Shown here one piece after another: positions 54,804 through 62,724 of a stretch of 62,724 nt of DNA. Origin of the DNA: Acidobacteriota bacterium (lineage in GTDB: Bacteria > Acidobacteriota > Polarisedimenticolia > Gp22-AA2); contig JAGYID010000031.1 of assembly GCA_018606725.1 (NCBI GenBank), forward strand, positions 1-62,724, written 5' to 3'. Position 1 is the stretch's first letter. Every line of letters begins with the position of its first letter. The notes below the pieces were generated by a model. The model made no database searches, was not told the origin of the DNA, and saw nothing but the letters and a program-made list of their open reading frames with translations. Made by a program: the position numbers and the translations under genes.

Positions 54804-57103
54804 AATGGAGTAAGCGTGGAATTTACCTCGCGGCCGGGGCCGTCCTGCTCGCGGCGGGGGTCGTTCTCCTCGCGGCGGCCGTCGCGGGGGCGACCGTCGT
54901 GGGAGCGGCCAGGCCGGGAGCCCAGCCGGACCGCGGCATCCACGGCTTTCACCGCGACTCGCTGGCGCGGCAACGGAAGCTGGAGGCGTTGCTGCAGAAG
55001 CTGCCGGACGCGAAGCGGATCGAAGAGCACGCCCGCGTCATGACCGAGGACCCGCATGTCGCGGGCACGCCGGAGAACGACGCGGTGGCGCGCTACATCC
55101 GCGACCGGTTCAAGGAGGCCGGCCTGGAGACGGAGATGAAGACCTACTCCGTCTACCTGGGGTTCGTGAACGCGGCGCTGCTGGAACAGGTCGAGCCGGT
55201 GCGCGCCATCCTGACCCGCCCCGAAGAGGGAGCGCCCGACGACAAGGACGGCGCCGACCCGCGCGCGCTGCTCAACTGGAACGGCTACTCGCCATCGTGC
55301 GATCTGACGCGTGAGGTGGTGTACGTCAACTACGCCAACCCGGAGGACTTCGCGCGACTCGAGGCCCTCGGGATCAGCGTCAAGGATCGGCTGCTGCTGG
55401 CGCGCTACTTCCACGGCTATCGCGGCGGGAAGGCGGAGGCGGCGGAGACGCGCGGCGCCGCCGGCATCATCTTCTACAGCGACCCGGCCGACGACGGCTT
55501 CGCGCGCGGCGACGTCTATCCCGACGGGCCGTGGGGCCCCGAGAGCCACTTCCAGCGCGGCGCGGTGGCCTACGACTACCTGGTCCCGGGCGATCCGCTG
55601 ACGCCAGGCTGGGCGTCGCTGCCGGAGGCGCGCCGCATCCGCCCGGAGGAGTCACGCATCCTGCCGCGGATCCCGTCGCTGCCGATCGCCTGGCGCGACG
55701 CGCTGGTGATCTTGAAGAGTCTCAAGGGGCCGGTCGTGCCGCGCGGCTGGCAGGGCGGGCTCCCCGTCACCTATCACCTCGGGCCGGGGCCATCCCGCGT
55801 CCACATGAAGATCGATGCGAGCTTCGGCAACCGCACCATCACCGACGTCATCGGCGTCCTGCGCGGCACCGACGAGCCGGAGAAGAAGATCATCCTGGGC
55901 AATCATCACGACGCATGGGTGTACGGCGCCGCCGACCCGATCAGCGGCACCGCGACGATGCTGGAGCTGGCGCGAGTCGCCGGGGCGCTCGCGAAGCAGG
56001 GATTCCGGCCGCGCCGCACGCTGGTGTTCGGCAACTGGGACGCGGAGGAATGGACCCTGACCGGATCGACCGAATGGGGCGAGGAGCTCGCCGGCGATCT
56101 GGCGCAGAACGGGGTCGCCTGCCTTAACGTCGACGGGTCGGCGGACGGGAGCGCCTTTCAGGGGTCGGCGGTGCCGAGCCTGCGCCGGCTGATCTCCGAG
56201 GTCCTGCGCGACGTGCGCGACCCGAGGACCGGCCGCGATCTCTACAGCGTGACGGCGGAGAACGCCCGCGCCGCCGCCGAGGAGCGGATGCCGTACTTCG
56301 CGCCGGCGGAGGAAGAAGCGGAGGACGGGATGGCGCCCGGCCGGGCGGTCGTCGAGTACGACATCCTCGGCAGCGGCTCGGACTACACCGTCTTCTTCAA
56401 CCACCTCGGCGTGCCGTCGCTCGACGCCGCCTTCGAGGGGCCGTACGGCGTCTACCATTCCATCCTCGACAATTACTACTGGATGTCGCACTTCGGCGAC
56501 CCCGGCTTCGTCTATCACACGGCGATGGTGCCGGTGTGGGGGATGCTCGCCTACCGGCTGGCGAACGCCGACCTGCTGCCGTTCGAGGAAACGGCCTACC
56601 CGAGGGAAGTCGCCGGCTATCTGGACGGGCTCGAGCGCCAGGCGAAGCGTTCGCGGCCGGCGTCGCGGACCGGCAGCGGGCGCGCCGCGGCCGGCGCTCC
56701 GAACCCGGCCGCGCTTCCGGACCTGACCGACCTGCGCGCCGCGCTGGCGCAGTGGGGGAAGATCGCCGCCGATCTCGATGACGGCGTCGAGACGGCCCTC
56801 GCCGGCGGCCGGCCGGGCCGGGAAACCCTCGCGGCGGTCAACGACTCGCTGATGCAGGCCGAACGCGACCTGCTCGATGCGGCCGGCATCCCGGGCCGGC
56901 CGTGGTTCCGTCACGTGATCTACGCGCCGCTGCCGAGCTACGCCGCCGAGACCCTGCCGGGCCTGCGCGAAGCGGTCCTCGACGGCGATGCCGCCCGCGC
57001 CCGCGACCAGGCCGACCTGCTGGCGACGGCGATCCGCTCGCGCGCCGCGACCCTGCACCGCGCGGCGCGGACGCTGATGATGGACGGGGCGGCGGAGCGC
57101 TAG
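54800..57103 (+). CDS. M28-family peptidase of the glutamate carboxypeptidase II / transferrin-receptor-like type (PA + M28 + dimerisation domains)
   Basis: The ATG at 54800 overlaps the permease stop (ATGA). N-terminal TM anchor. The block GNHHDAWVYGAADPISGTATMLELAR closely parallels the GCPII zinc-site block. Confidence 0.9.
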   Translation: MKWSKRGIYLAAGAVLLAAGVVLLAAAVAGATVVGAARPGAQPDRGIHGFHRDSLARQRKLEALLQKLPDAKRIEEHARVMTEDPHVAGTPENDAVARYIRDRFKEAGLETEMKTYSVYLGFVNAALLEQVEPVRAILTRPEEGAPDDKDGADPRALLNWNGYSPSCDLTREVVYVNYANPEDFARLEALGISVKDRLLLARYFHGYRGGKAEAAETRGAAGIIFYSDPADDGFARGDVYPDGPWGPESHFQRGAVAYDYLVPGDPLTPGWASLPEARRIRPEESRILPRIPSLPIAWRDALVILKSLKGPVVPRGWQGGLPVTYHLGPGPSRVHMKIDASFGNRTITDVIGVLRGTDEPEKKIILGNHHDAWVYGAADPISGTATMLELARVAGALAKQGFRPRRTLVFGNWDAEEWTLTGSTEWGEELAGDLAQNGVACLNVDGSADGSAFQGSAVPSLRRLISEVLRDVRDPRTGRDLYSVTAENARAAAEERMPYFAPAEEEAEDGMAPGRAVVEYDILGSGSDYTVFFNHLGVPSLDAAFEGPYGVYHSILDNYYWMSHFGDPGFVYHTAMVPVWGMLAYRLANADLLPFEETAYPREVAGYLDGLERQAKRSRPASRTGSGRAAAGAPNPAALPDLTDLRAALAQWGKIAADLDDGVETALAGGRPGRETLAAVNDSLMQAERDLLDAAGIPGRPWFRHVIYAPLPSYAAETLPGLREAVLDGDAARARDQADLLATAIRSRAATLHRAARTLMMDGAAER

Positions 57104-57123
57104 GGGCCGGTCCGGTTTCCCCG

Positions 57124-59100
57124 CTAGATCGCTGGCGGCGGGGCGACAGGCAGCAGCGTGACCGCTCGCGATTCCTCTTCGCTCACCGAGGACAGAGCCT
57201 TGCGGAGGGCCGGGTATTCCGCGACCGGCACCTCGCGCTTGCTGACGCTCACGAGGCGCTTCACGACCAGGACGTTCCGTCCGTTCTGAGTCGTCGTCTC
57301 GTAGGAGGTCGAGACCGTCACCCCGCCGCCCTCGACCGTGCCGCCGGCGGGAATTTTCTTCAAAGTTCTCCCCGGTGGCAGCGCGAGGTGGATCTCCGAT
57401 TCTTCATTCCACAGGTAATCGAAGAACACCGGGTGGAGACGGACGGGGTAGGCGACGATGCGGGCGAAATCCTGGAAGCGCACGAGATGCGGCGAAAGCA
57501 CCTCGACGTTCCCGGCCTGGGTGATCGCGTGCAGTGACGAGAAACCGATCGCGATGTGCAGCGGATCATCCGGCTTCGCGGGACGGGTGATCTCGTAGGC
57601 CGTCATGATCGCGCCGGGTGAAATCGTGGCGACGTAGCGCTCGAGGGCGTCCTCGACTTCGGAAGGCTTCTTTCCTCCCACGTAGGCATCGAGCTCCGAA
57701 CGGCTCTGGCCATATCGGTCGATCAGCAACCTCCCCTCGATCGTGCCGGCATCATTGACCGCGGCGATGACCGACCAGCGGATCCGGTTGCGCGCCGGCG
57801 GGTAGATCGGCGTGGTGACCATCTCGCCGGTGCCGTCCTCCTTCACGACGAGGACATTGGCGCCCTGATCGACCCAGGGAAGATCGCCGAACGCGGTCGT
57901 CTTCCAGGTCGGATCCATGAACAGATAGCCATCCTCCACGGGAACCGCCAGGATTTCGTGATTCCCTCTCAGACTCGGGAAATCGGCGTCCTTCACCCCC
58001 TCGTCACGGGTAAGGATGGTGACCGGATAGCCGCGCAGACCGACCGCCTTGAGCATCGCGATCGTCAGAGTTGCCTTGTCCTTGCAGTCGCCGTACCGGT
58101 TCTTGAAGACCGCCCCGTTGTGGTGCGGCTCGAAACCGCCGATGCCAATTTCGATGGCCACGTAGTTGATATTCTTCTGGACGAACTCGAAGATGCGCCG
58201 GGTCATCTCCATCGGGTCGGTCAGGCCGGCGGTCAGTTCCTTCGCCATGGCGGCGACATCGGGGTCCGGCTGGATCTTGTCGCGCACCAGCGCCCACTCC
58301 CATTGCGAGATGCTGTTCCAGGAGGTCGCATCGATCCGGAGCGCGTCCCACATGAGCTCCTTCGGGAAGAGCTGCACGCGCGGAACGAGGTCGCTCTCGG
58401 GCGGCATGGATCGCTCCTGCTTCAGCGCCGGCTGATCGCGCATCCGCCACTCCTGGACGACCATGCCCTTCTCTTCGTGTCTGGCGTACTCGGGAGAGCC
58501 CCGCACCGAAGTTCGGATGCCGAACGATGCGGGCGCCTTCAGAATCAGCGCCCGGGCCCGCACCGGGAGCTGCTCCTGGAAGGCGATCTCGTCGGGGAGA
58601 TAGACGAGATTCGAGAACTCCTGCTCGGAGCTGAACTCGAGGATGGCTCCCGGGACCGCTCCCGGGAAGCTCACGTCGCGGTAACGACTGTCGGCATAGA
58701 GTTCGAAATCCGCGACCGCCGCGCCGTCGTAGATCTGCTGTCTCTTGACTTCCGTCCGCTTCCCCGACGGCGCGATGATCGCCGCGCGAAGGTCGCGGAT
58801 CGGACAGCAGGGCCAGTAGTAAAGCGTGCCGTGTCCGGACCGCTCGATCTTCTCGATCCCGGCCTTGGTGAGGACCTTCGCCCGCCAGACGCGGCGCACG
58901 CGGGCCTCGGTGGAGGAGGCGATCTCGATGGTGAGCGTGTCGTCCAGGATGACGGCGTCTTCACCCGCCTCGATGTCCACCGATGCGCCGGCCGGGGCCG
59001 GCTGGGCCTGTTCGGCTGCGGACGGCCCGGAGGCCCCGCCGAAGAGCGCGAGAAAGGACAGTAACGTGAGGGCCGCGCGCGGTGCGTAGCGCCGGTTCAC
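57124..59100 (-). CDS. DUF3857 + transglutaminase-like cysteine peptidase-fold protein (intact Cys-His-Asp)
   Basis: GTG start with AGGAGG 8 nt upstream. Signal peptide. Core motifs YGDCKDKA, NHEILAV and FMDPT. Confidence 0.85.
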   Translation of the reverse strand: MNRRYAPRAALTLLSFLALFGGASGPSAAEQAQPAPAGASVDIEAGEDAVILDDTLTIEIASSTEARVRRVWRAKVLTKAGIEKIERSGHGTLYYWPCCPIRDLRAAIIAPSGKRTEVKRQQIYDGAAVADFELYADSRYRDVSFPGAVPGAILEFSSEQEFSNLVYLPDEIAFQEQLPVRARALILKAPASFGIRTSVRGSPEYARHEEKGMVVQEWRMRDQPALKQERSMPPESDLVPRVQLFPKELMWDALRIDATSWNSISQWEWALVRDKIQPDPDVAAMAKELTAGLTDPMEMTRRIFEFVQKNINYVAIEIGIGGFEPHHNGAVFKNRYGDCKDKATLTIAMLKAVGLRGYPVTILTRDEGVKDADFPSLRGNHEILAVPVEDGYLFMDPTWKTTAFGDLPWVDQGANVLVVKEDGTGEMVTTPIYPPARNRIRWSVIAAVNDAGTIEGRLLIDRYGQSRSELDAYVGGKKPSEVEDALERYVATISPGAIMTAYEITRPAKPDDPLHIAIGFSSLHAITQAGNVEVLSPHLVRFQDFARIVAYPVRLHPVFFDYLWNEESEIHLALPPGRTLKKIPAGGTVEGGGVTVSTSYETTTQNGRNVLVVKRLVSVSKREVPVAEYPALRKALSSVSEEESRAVTLLPVAPPPAI

Positions 59101-59132
59101 GGTCTCGCCCTCCTTTGACTCGAACGGATGAA

Positions 59133-59160
59133 TTGACAGGATCGCGTCGCGCGGTAGAAT
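59133..59160 (+). promoter_or_regulatory. candidate sigma70 promoter of the second DUF3857 gene
   Basis: TTGACA (59133-59138), 16-nt spacer, TAGAAT (59155-59160). SD GGGGGAG lies upstream of the GTG/ATG at 59210/59213. Confidence 0.55.
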
Positions 59161-59209
59161 ACCAGCAATTCTGTGCCCGGAATAGACTCACTTCGACGGG
59201 GGAGAATTC

Positions 59210-61249
59210 GTGATGACGCGACCACGCGGGTCCCGGACCCTTCTGATCCTCTACCTCGGGTTGATCGTCCTGCCGGCGGTCCAGCTCGGCATGTCACCAA
59301 TCGTGGCGGCGGGCGACAAGGGGCCGGCCGCCGCGTGGTCGGACGGCTGGCCGGAAATCACCGCGCCGGAGCGGGCCCTGAAGCGCGTCGAGCAGGACCC
59401 CGACGCCGACGCCGTGGTCCTGATCAATCAGCGGGACGGGAAGATCCTCAAAGAGGCCGACGATATCGTCAATGTCCTGCACTACCACGTCCGGATGAAA
59501 ATCCTGACCGAGCGCGGCAAGGAGTACGCCAAGATCGAGATCCCGGCCTGGAAATCCTCGCGCGTCAGCGGCGTTGAAGCGCGCACCATCAAGGCGGACG
59601 GGACGGTCATGCCGCTGGCGGCCGATCAGATTTTCGAGAAGGTCGTCCTGCAGGTCGGCAGCTACAGAGAGACGGCATGGGCATTCAGTTTCCCGGCCGT
59701 CGAGCCGGGAGCGATCGTCGAATACCGCTACCAGCGCAACACCCACGCCCTCATCTACATCGATCCCTTCTACTTCGCCGGGCCCGAGTTCACCTTGCGG
59801 GCGCGCATGACCCAGGGGATCCCGTCCGACATGGGGTACACGCTCCTGTGCGATCTCTGTCCACCCGGCCAGGCCCCGCAGATCACCGACTGGAGGGAGG
59901 GGAAGAACAAGGGGAAGATGTACGTGCACGAGGTGCATGACCTCCCCGGCTACCGCTACGAACGGATGATGCCTCCGCCTCGCGATGCCTCACCGCGCCT
60001 CGAAATGGTGCTCGCCGAGTGGAAGGGGCGCGCCAGCTGGGCGCTCGGCCGGCAGGACCACTTCTTCGTCGACTGGGCCTCGGTGGCGCTGTACGCGTCC
60101 GCGTACTATCAGGAGGCCATCAAGAAGGGGGTGGGGGATCTGAAGCCGGTCGTCGCGGGCTGGCTGCAGGGCGTCTCCGACCCACAGGAGAAGGTCAAGA
60201 TCATCTACCGCCACGTCCAGCGCGACTTCCGGTACATTCCGTTCTCGAGCGTCTACGGCTCCACCCGCGCGATCGAAGACATGCTCAAGGAGAAGATCGC
60301 CGACAACGAGGACAAGGCGATCCTGCTGATCGCGGCGCTCAAGAGCATCGGCGTCGAGGCGCTGCCGGCCATCGTCTCGGGCAAGAACGGCGGCTCGCTG
60401 AACCCGAAGTACTTCAGCATGTCGCAATTCACGCACACCGTCGTCGCGATACCGCAGCCGGCCGGCGGCTACCAGTGGATCGACCCAACCGTCAGCTACG
60501 TTCCCTTCGGCTTCATGCCATGGAAGGACTCCGGGGCGGAAGCGCTCCTCCTGAAGGGGAACCAGGGCGAGATGGTGACGCTGCCGGTCAAGAACGAGCT
60601 CAACGCGAGCCGCTACCGCGAGGAGGCACGCCCCCGCCCCGACGGCAAGGCCGATGTGACCCTCGATGCGGAGTTCCTCGGCGAGGACGCCGACGATCTC
60701 CGGGAGGAGCTGGTACCCGCCGCCGAATCGGCCCGCAAAGCCTGGCTGCAGGAGTGGCTCGACGACAGGGTCGACGGGGCGGCGCTGCAGTCGTACTCGA
60801 TCGAGAACCTCGAGGATTCCGACAAGTCGCTGCGCCTGAAGTTGACGTTCGAGGCCCCGGGCCTGGTCACGAACGCGGAGGATACGCGGCTGGTGCGCAG
60901 CTGTATCCTGACCTGCGTGCAGAGAAACCCGATCTCGAAAGCGCCGCGGCAGTACCCGTTCTACATCGACGACGGCTGGAACGAGGAGGAGACGGTGGTG
61001 ATCGACGCCCCGGAAGGGATGCAGCCGGCCAGCGCGGGCACGCCGTACAAGGCGCAGTCGCCGGTCGGGACGTTCAGCCTGATGTGCTCGGCGCAGGGTG
61101 ACGGGGCGACCCGCTGCTCCCGGCAGTTCATCGCCCGGCGGAACCGTTGGGGCGCCGACCAGCAGGCGGCGATTCGCACCATGTTCGACCGGGTCATCGA
61201 AGCCGATCGCTCGGTGGTGGCGTTCCAGGCGGGCGCCGGGGAGAACTAG
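59210..61249 (+). CDS. DUF3857 + transglutaminase-like-fold protein lacking the catalytic Cys (Cys to Asn)
   Basis: Same architecture as the divergent neighbour. IADNEDKA aligns to YGDCKDKA, with the Asn codon at 60305-60307. The His (FTHTVVAI) and Asp (WIDPT) positions are retained. Confidence 0.8.
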   Translation: MMTRPRGSRTLLILYLGLIVLPAVQLGMSPIVAAGDKGPAAAWSDGWPEITAPERALKRVEQDPDADAVVLINQRDGKILKEADDIVNVLHYHVRMKILTERGKEYAKIEIPAWKSSRVSGVEARTIKADGTVMPLAADQIFEKVVLQVGSYRETAWAFSFPAVEPGAIVEYRYQRNTHALIYIDPFYFAGPEFTLRARMTQGIPSDMGYTLLCDLCPPGQAPQITDWREGKNKGKMYVHEVHDLPGYRYERMMPPPRDASPRLEMVLAEWKGRASWALGRQDHFFVDWASVALYASAYYQEAIKKGVGDLKPVVAGWLQGVSDPQEKVKIIYRHVQRDFRYIPFSSVYGSTRAIEDMLKEKIADNEDKAILLIAALKSIGVEALPAIVSGKNGGSLNPKYFSMSQFTHTVVAIPQPAGGYQWIDPTVSYVPFGFMPWKDSGAEALLLKGNQGEMVTLPVKNELNASRYREEARPRPDGKADVTLDAEFLGEDADDLREELVPAAESARKAWLQEWLDDRVDGAALQSYSIENLEDSDKSLRLKLTFEAPGLVTNAEDTRLVRSCILTCVQRNPISKAPRQYPFYIDDGWNEEETVVIDAPEGMQPASAGTPYKAQSPVGTFSLMCSAQGDGATRCSRQFIARRNRWGADQQAAIRTMFDRVIEADRSVVAFQAGAGEN

Positions 61250-61277
61250 GCGCCCGCCGGAGTCCCGGACCGGCTTT

Positions 61278-62588
61278 CTAGCGCAGCGATTCCTCGACCC
61301 GCGTCAAGGCGCGGTCGAGGCGGGCGAGCAGGTCGTCGAGCTCGGTGATGGTGATGGTGAACGGCGGGGCGATGATGAAGTGGTCGCCATCCCGGCCCTC
61401 GCGGGTGCCGGAGCCGGGGTAGATCAGCAGGCCCTCGCCGAGACAGGCCTCGAAGAGTTTCCGGTTCAGCTTGAGTCCCGGCGGGAATGGCTCGCGCGTC
61501 TTGCGATCCCGCACCAGCTCGACGCCCCACATCATGCCGGCGCCGCGCACCTCGCCGACGATTCGGTGGCGGCGGAGCTTCCCGAGCTTCTCCCCCAGGA
61601 TCTTGCCGATGCGCGCGGCGCGGCGGATCAGCTTGTGGTCGTCGAGGTACTTCAGGACGGCGTTGCCGACAGCCGCCGCCAGCGGCTGGGCGCTGTAGGT
61701 GAAGCCGTGCTCGAAATAGCCGTGGCCGTCGCGCAACGCGTCGGCGATGAAGCCGCGGGCGATCACCGCCCCGAGCGGGGCGTAGCCGCCCGACAGCCCT
61801 TTGGCGGCGACGATGATGTCCGGCACGACGCCGTGATGATCGATGGCGAAGTTCCTGCCGGTGCGCCCGACCCCGGTCATCACCTCGTCGGCGATCAGCA
61901 GCACGTTGTGCCGCGTGCAGATCTCGCGGGCCCGTTTCCAGTAGCCGTCGACGGCCGGCACCGCGCCCAGCGTCGCGCCGACGATCGGCTCGGCGATGAA
62001 GGCGGCGACCGTCTCCGGCCCCTCCTGGTGGATGGTCGCCTCGAGCTCCTCGATGCAGGCGATGTCGCACGACGGGTACTTCAATCCGAACGGGCAGCGG
62101 TAGCAGTAACACGGCGCGATGTGCGGCTGGGCGGCGAACAGCGGGCCGTACAGGGCGCGGCGAGCCACGTTGCCGGTGAGAGCCAAAGCCCCCATGGTGC
62201 TGCCGTGGTACGACTGCCAGCGCGCGATGATCTTGTGCTTGCCGGGGCTGCCGCTGTCGACGTGGTACTGACGGGCCAGCTTGACGGCGGTCTCGATCGC
62301 CTCGCTGCCGCCCGACACCAGATAGACGCGGCCGGTCTTCTTCATGTCGCCGGGGGCAAGCGCGGCGATGCGCGACGTCAGCTCCATCGTCTCGCGGGTG
62401 ATGAACTGCGACGAGTGGGCGAAAGCCAGCCGCTCCGCCTGGGCGGACATGACCTTGGCGACCTCGCGCACACCGTGGCCGATCGAGCAGACCACCGCGC
62501 CGCCGCAGCCGTCGAGGTACTTCTTGCCGCTGCTGTCGGTGATCCAGATCCCCTCCGCCTTGACGGCGACGGGGTAGACGGTCTTCAA
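61278..62588 (-). CDS. class-III (omega) pyridoxal-phosphate aminotransferase; 5' end probably lies beyond 62588
   Basis: SGGSEAIETAVKLAR, DEVMTGVGRTG and AKGLSGGYAPLG (PLP lysine) blocks. The frame stays open to the window edge, and EHLFPRNL continues the family N-terminus upstream of the TTG at 62588. Confidence 0.88.
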   Translation of the reverse strand: MKTVYPVAVKAEGIWITDSSGKKYLDGCGGAVVCSIGHGVREVAKVMSAQAERLAFAHSSQFITRETMELTSRIAALAPGDMKKTGRVYLVSGGSEAIETAVKLARQYHVDSGSPGKHKIIARWQSYHGSTMGALALTGNVARRALYGPLFAAQPHIAPCYCYRCPFGLKYPSCDIACIEELEATIHQEGPETVAAFIAEPIVGATLGAVPAVDGYWKRAREICTRHNVLLIADEVMTGVGRTGRNFAIDHHGVVPDIIVAAKGLSGGYAPLGAVIARGFIADALRDGHGYFEHGFTYSAQPLAAAVGNAVLKYLDDHKLIRRAARIGKILGEKLGKLRRHRIVGEVRGAGMMWGVELVRDRKTREPFPPGLKLNRKLFEACLGEGLLIYPGSGTREGRDGDHFIIAPPFTITITELDDLLARLDRALTRVEESLR

Positions 62589-62724
62589 GTTGCGGGGGAA
62601 CAGGTGCTCGGAGCCGGGGACCGGCTCGGCGCCGGTCGCCGGCGACCGGGTCGCGGACTTCGGCGACGCGGCGGGGGCCCGGCCCGCGGCGCCCGCGCGC
62701 GGCGACGCGCCGGCGCGTCCCGGC

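Overview
This is a roughly 70% GC chromosomal segment from a diderm bacterium, judged by its several beta-barrel outer-membrane proteins. I cannot assign the taxon from sequence alone. Coding density is very high, and many neighbouring genes overlap by 1-4 nt at stop/start (ATGA, GTGA, TTGA, TGATG). I found no rRNA, tRNA, CRISPR array, transposase or integrase.

Content in order:
- topA and dprA.
- A four-gene synthase-dependent exopolysaccharide-like operon: a TPR/TIM-barrel hydrolase-like protein, a TPR/beta-barrel porin, a membrane-anchored HEAT-repeat protein and a processive GT2 synthase.
- folC, an MFS transporter and accD.
- A leader that strongly resembles a c-di-GMP-I (GEMM-I) riboswitch. 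It precedes an S8 protease, a polytopic membrane protein and an HD-GYP/GAF/GGDEF enzyme.
- An alkaline phosphatase.
- A long minus-strand run joining a sugar-kinase/nucleotidyltransferase pair to a mosaic metal-uptake locus: a FecCD permease, an ATPase with a transmembrane Cys/His tail, a porin, a ZnuA-like binding protein and a ZnuB-HEAT fusion.
- A CYTH protein, a small six-Cys protein and a PleD-like REC-GGDEF regulator directly downstream of ftsZ.
- A complete dcw cluster (mraZ-rsmH-ftsL-ftsI-murE-murF-mraY-murD-ftsW-murG-murC-murB-ftsQ-ftsA-ftsZ) with a near-consensus promoter and three 10-bp-phased GTGG repeats (candidate MraZ operator).
- An outer-membrane protein, S8 peptidase, APC permease and M28 peptidase block.
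- A divergent pair of DUF3857/transglutaminase-like proteins, one of which lacks the catalytic Cys.
- A class-III aminotransferase that runs towards the window edge.

The most interesting candidates are the riboswitch-controlled protease/c-di-GMP-enzyme operon, the unusual EPS operon and the hybrid metal-transport locus.

All protein family calls come from motif recognition by eye. No database search was run.
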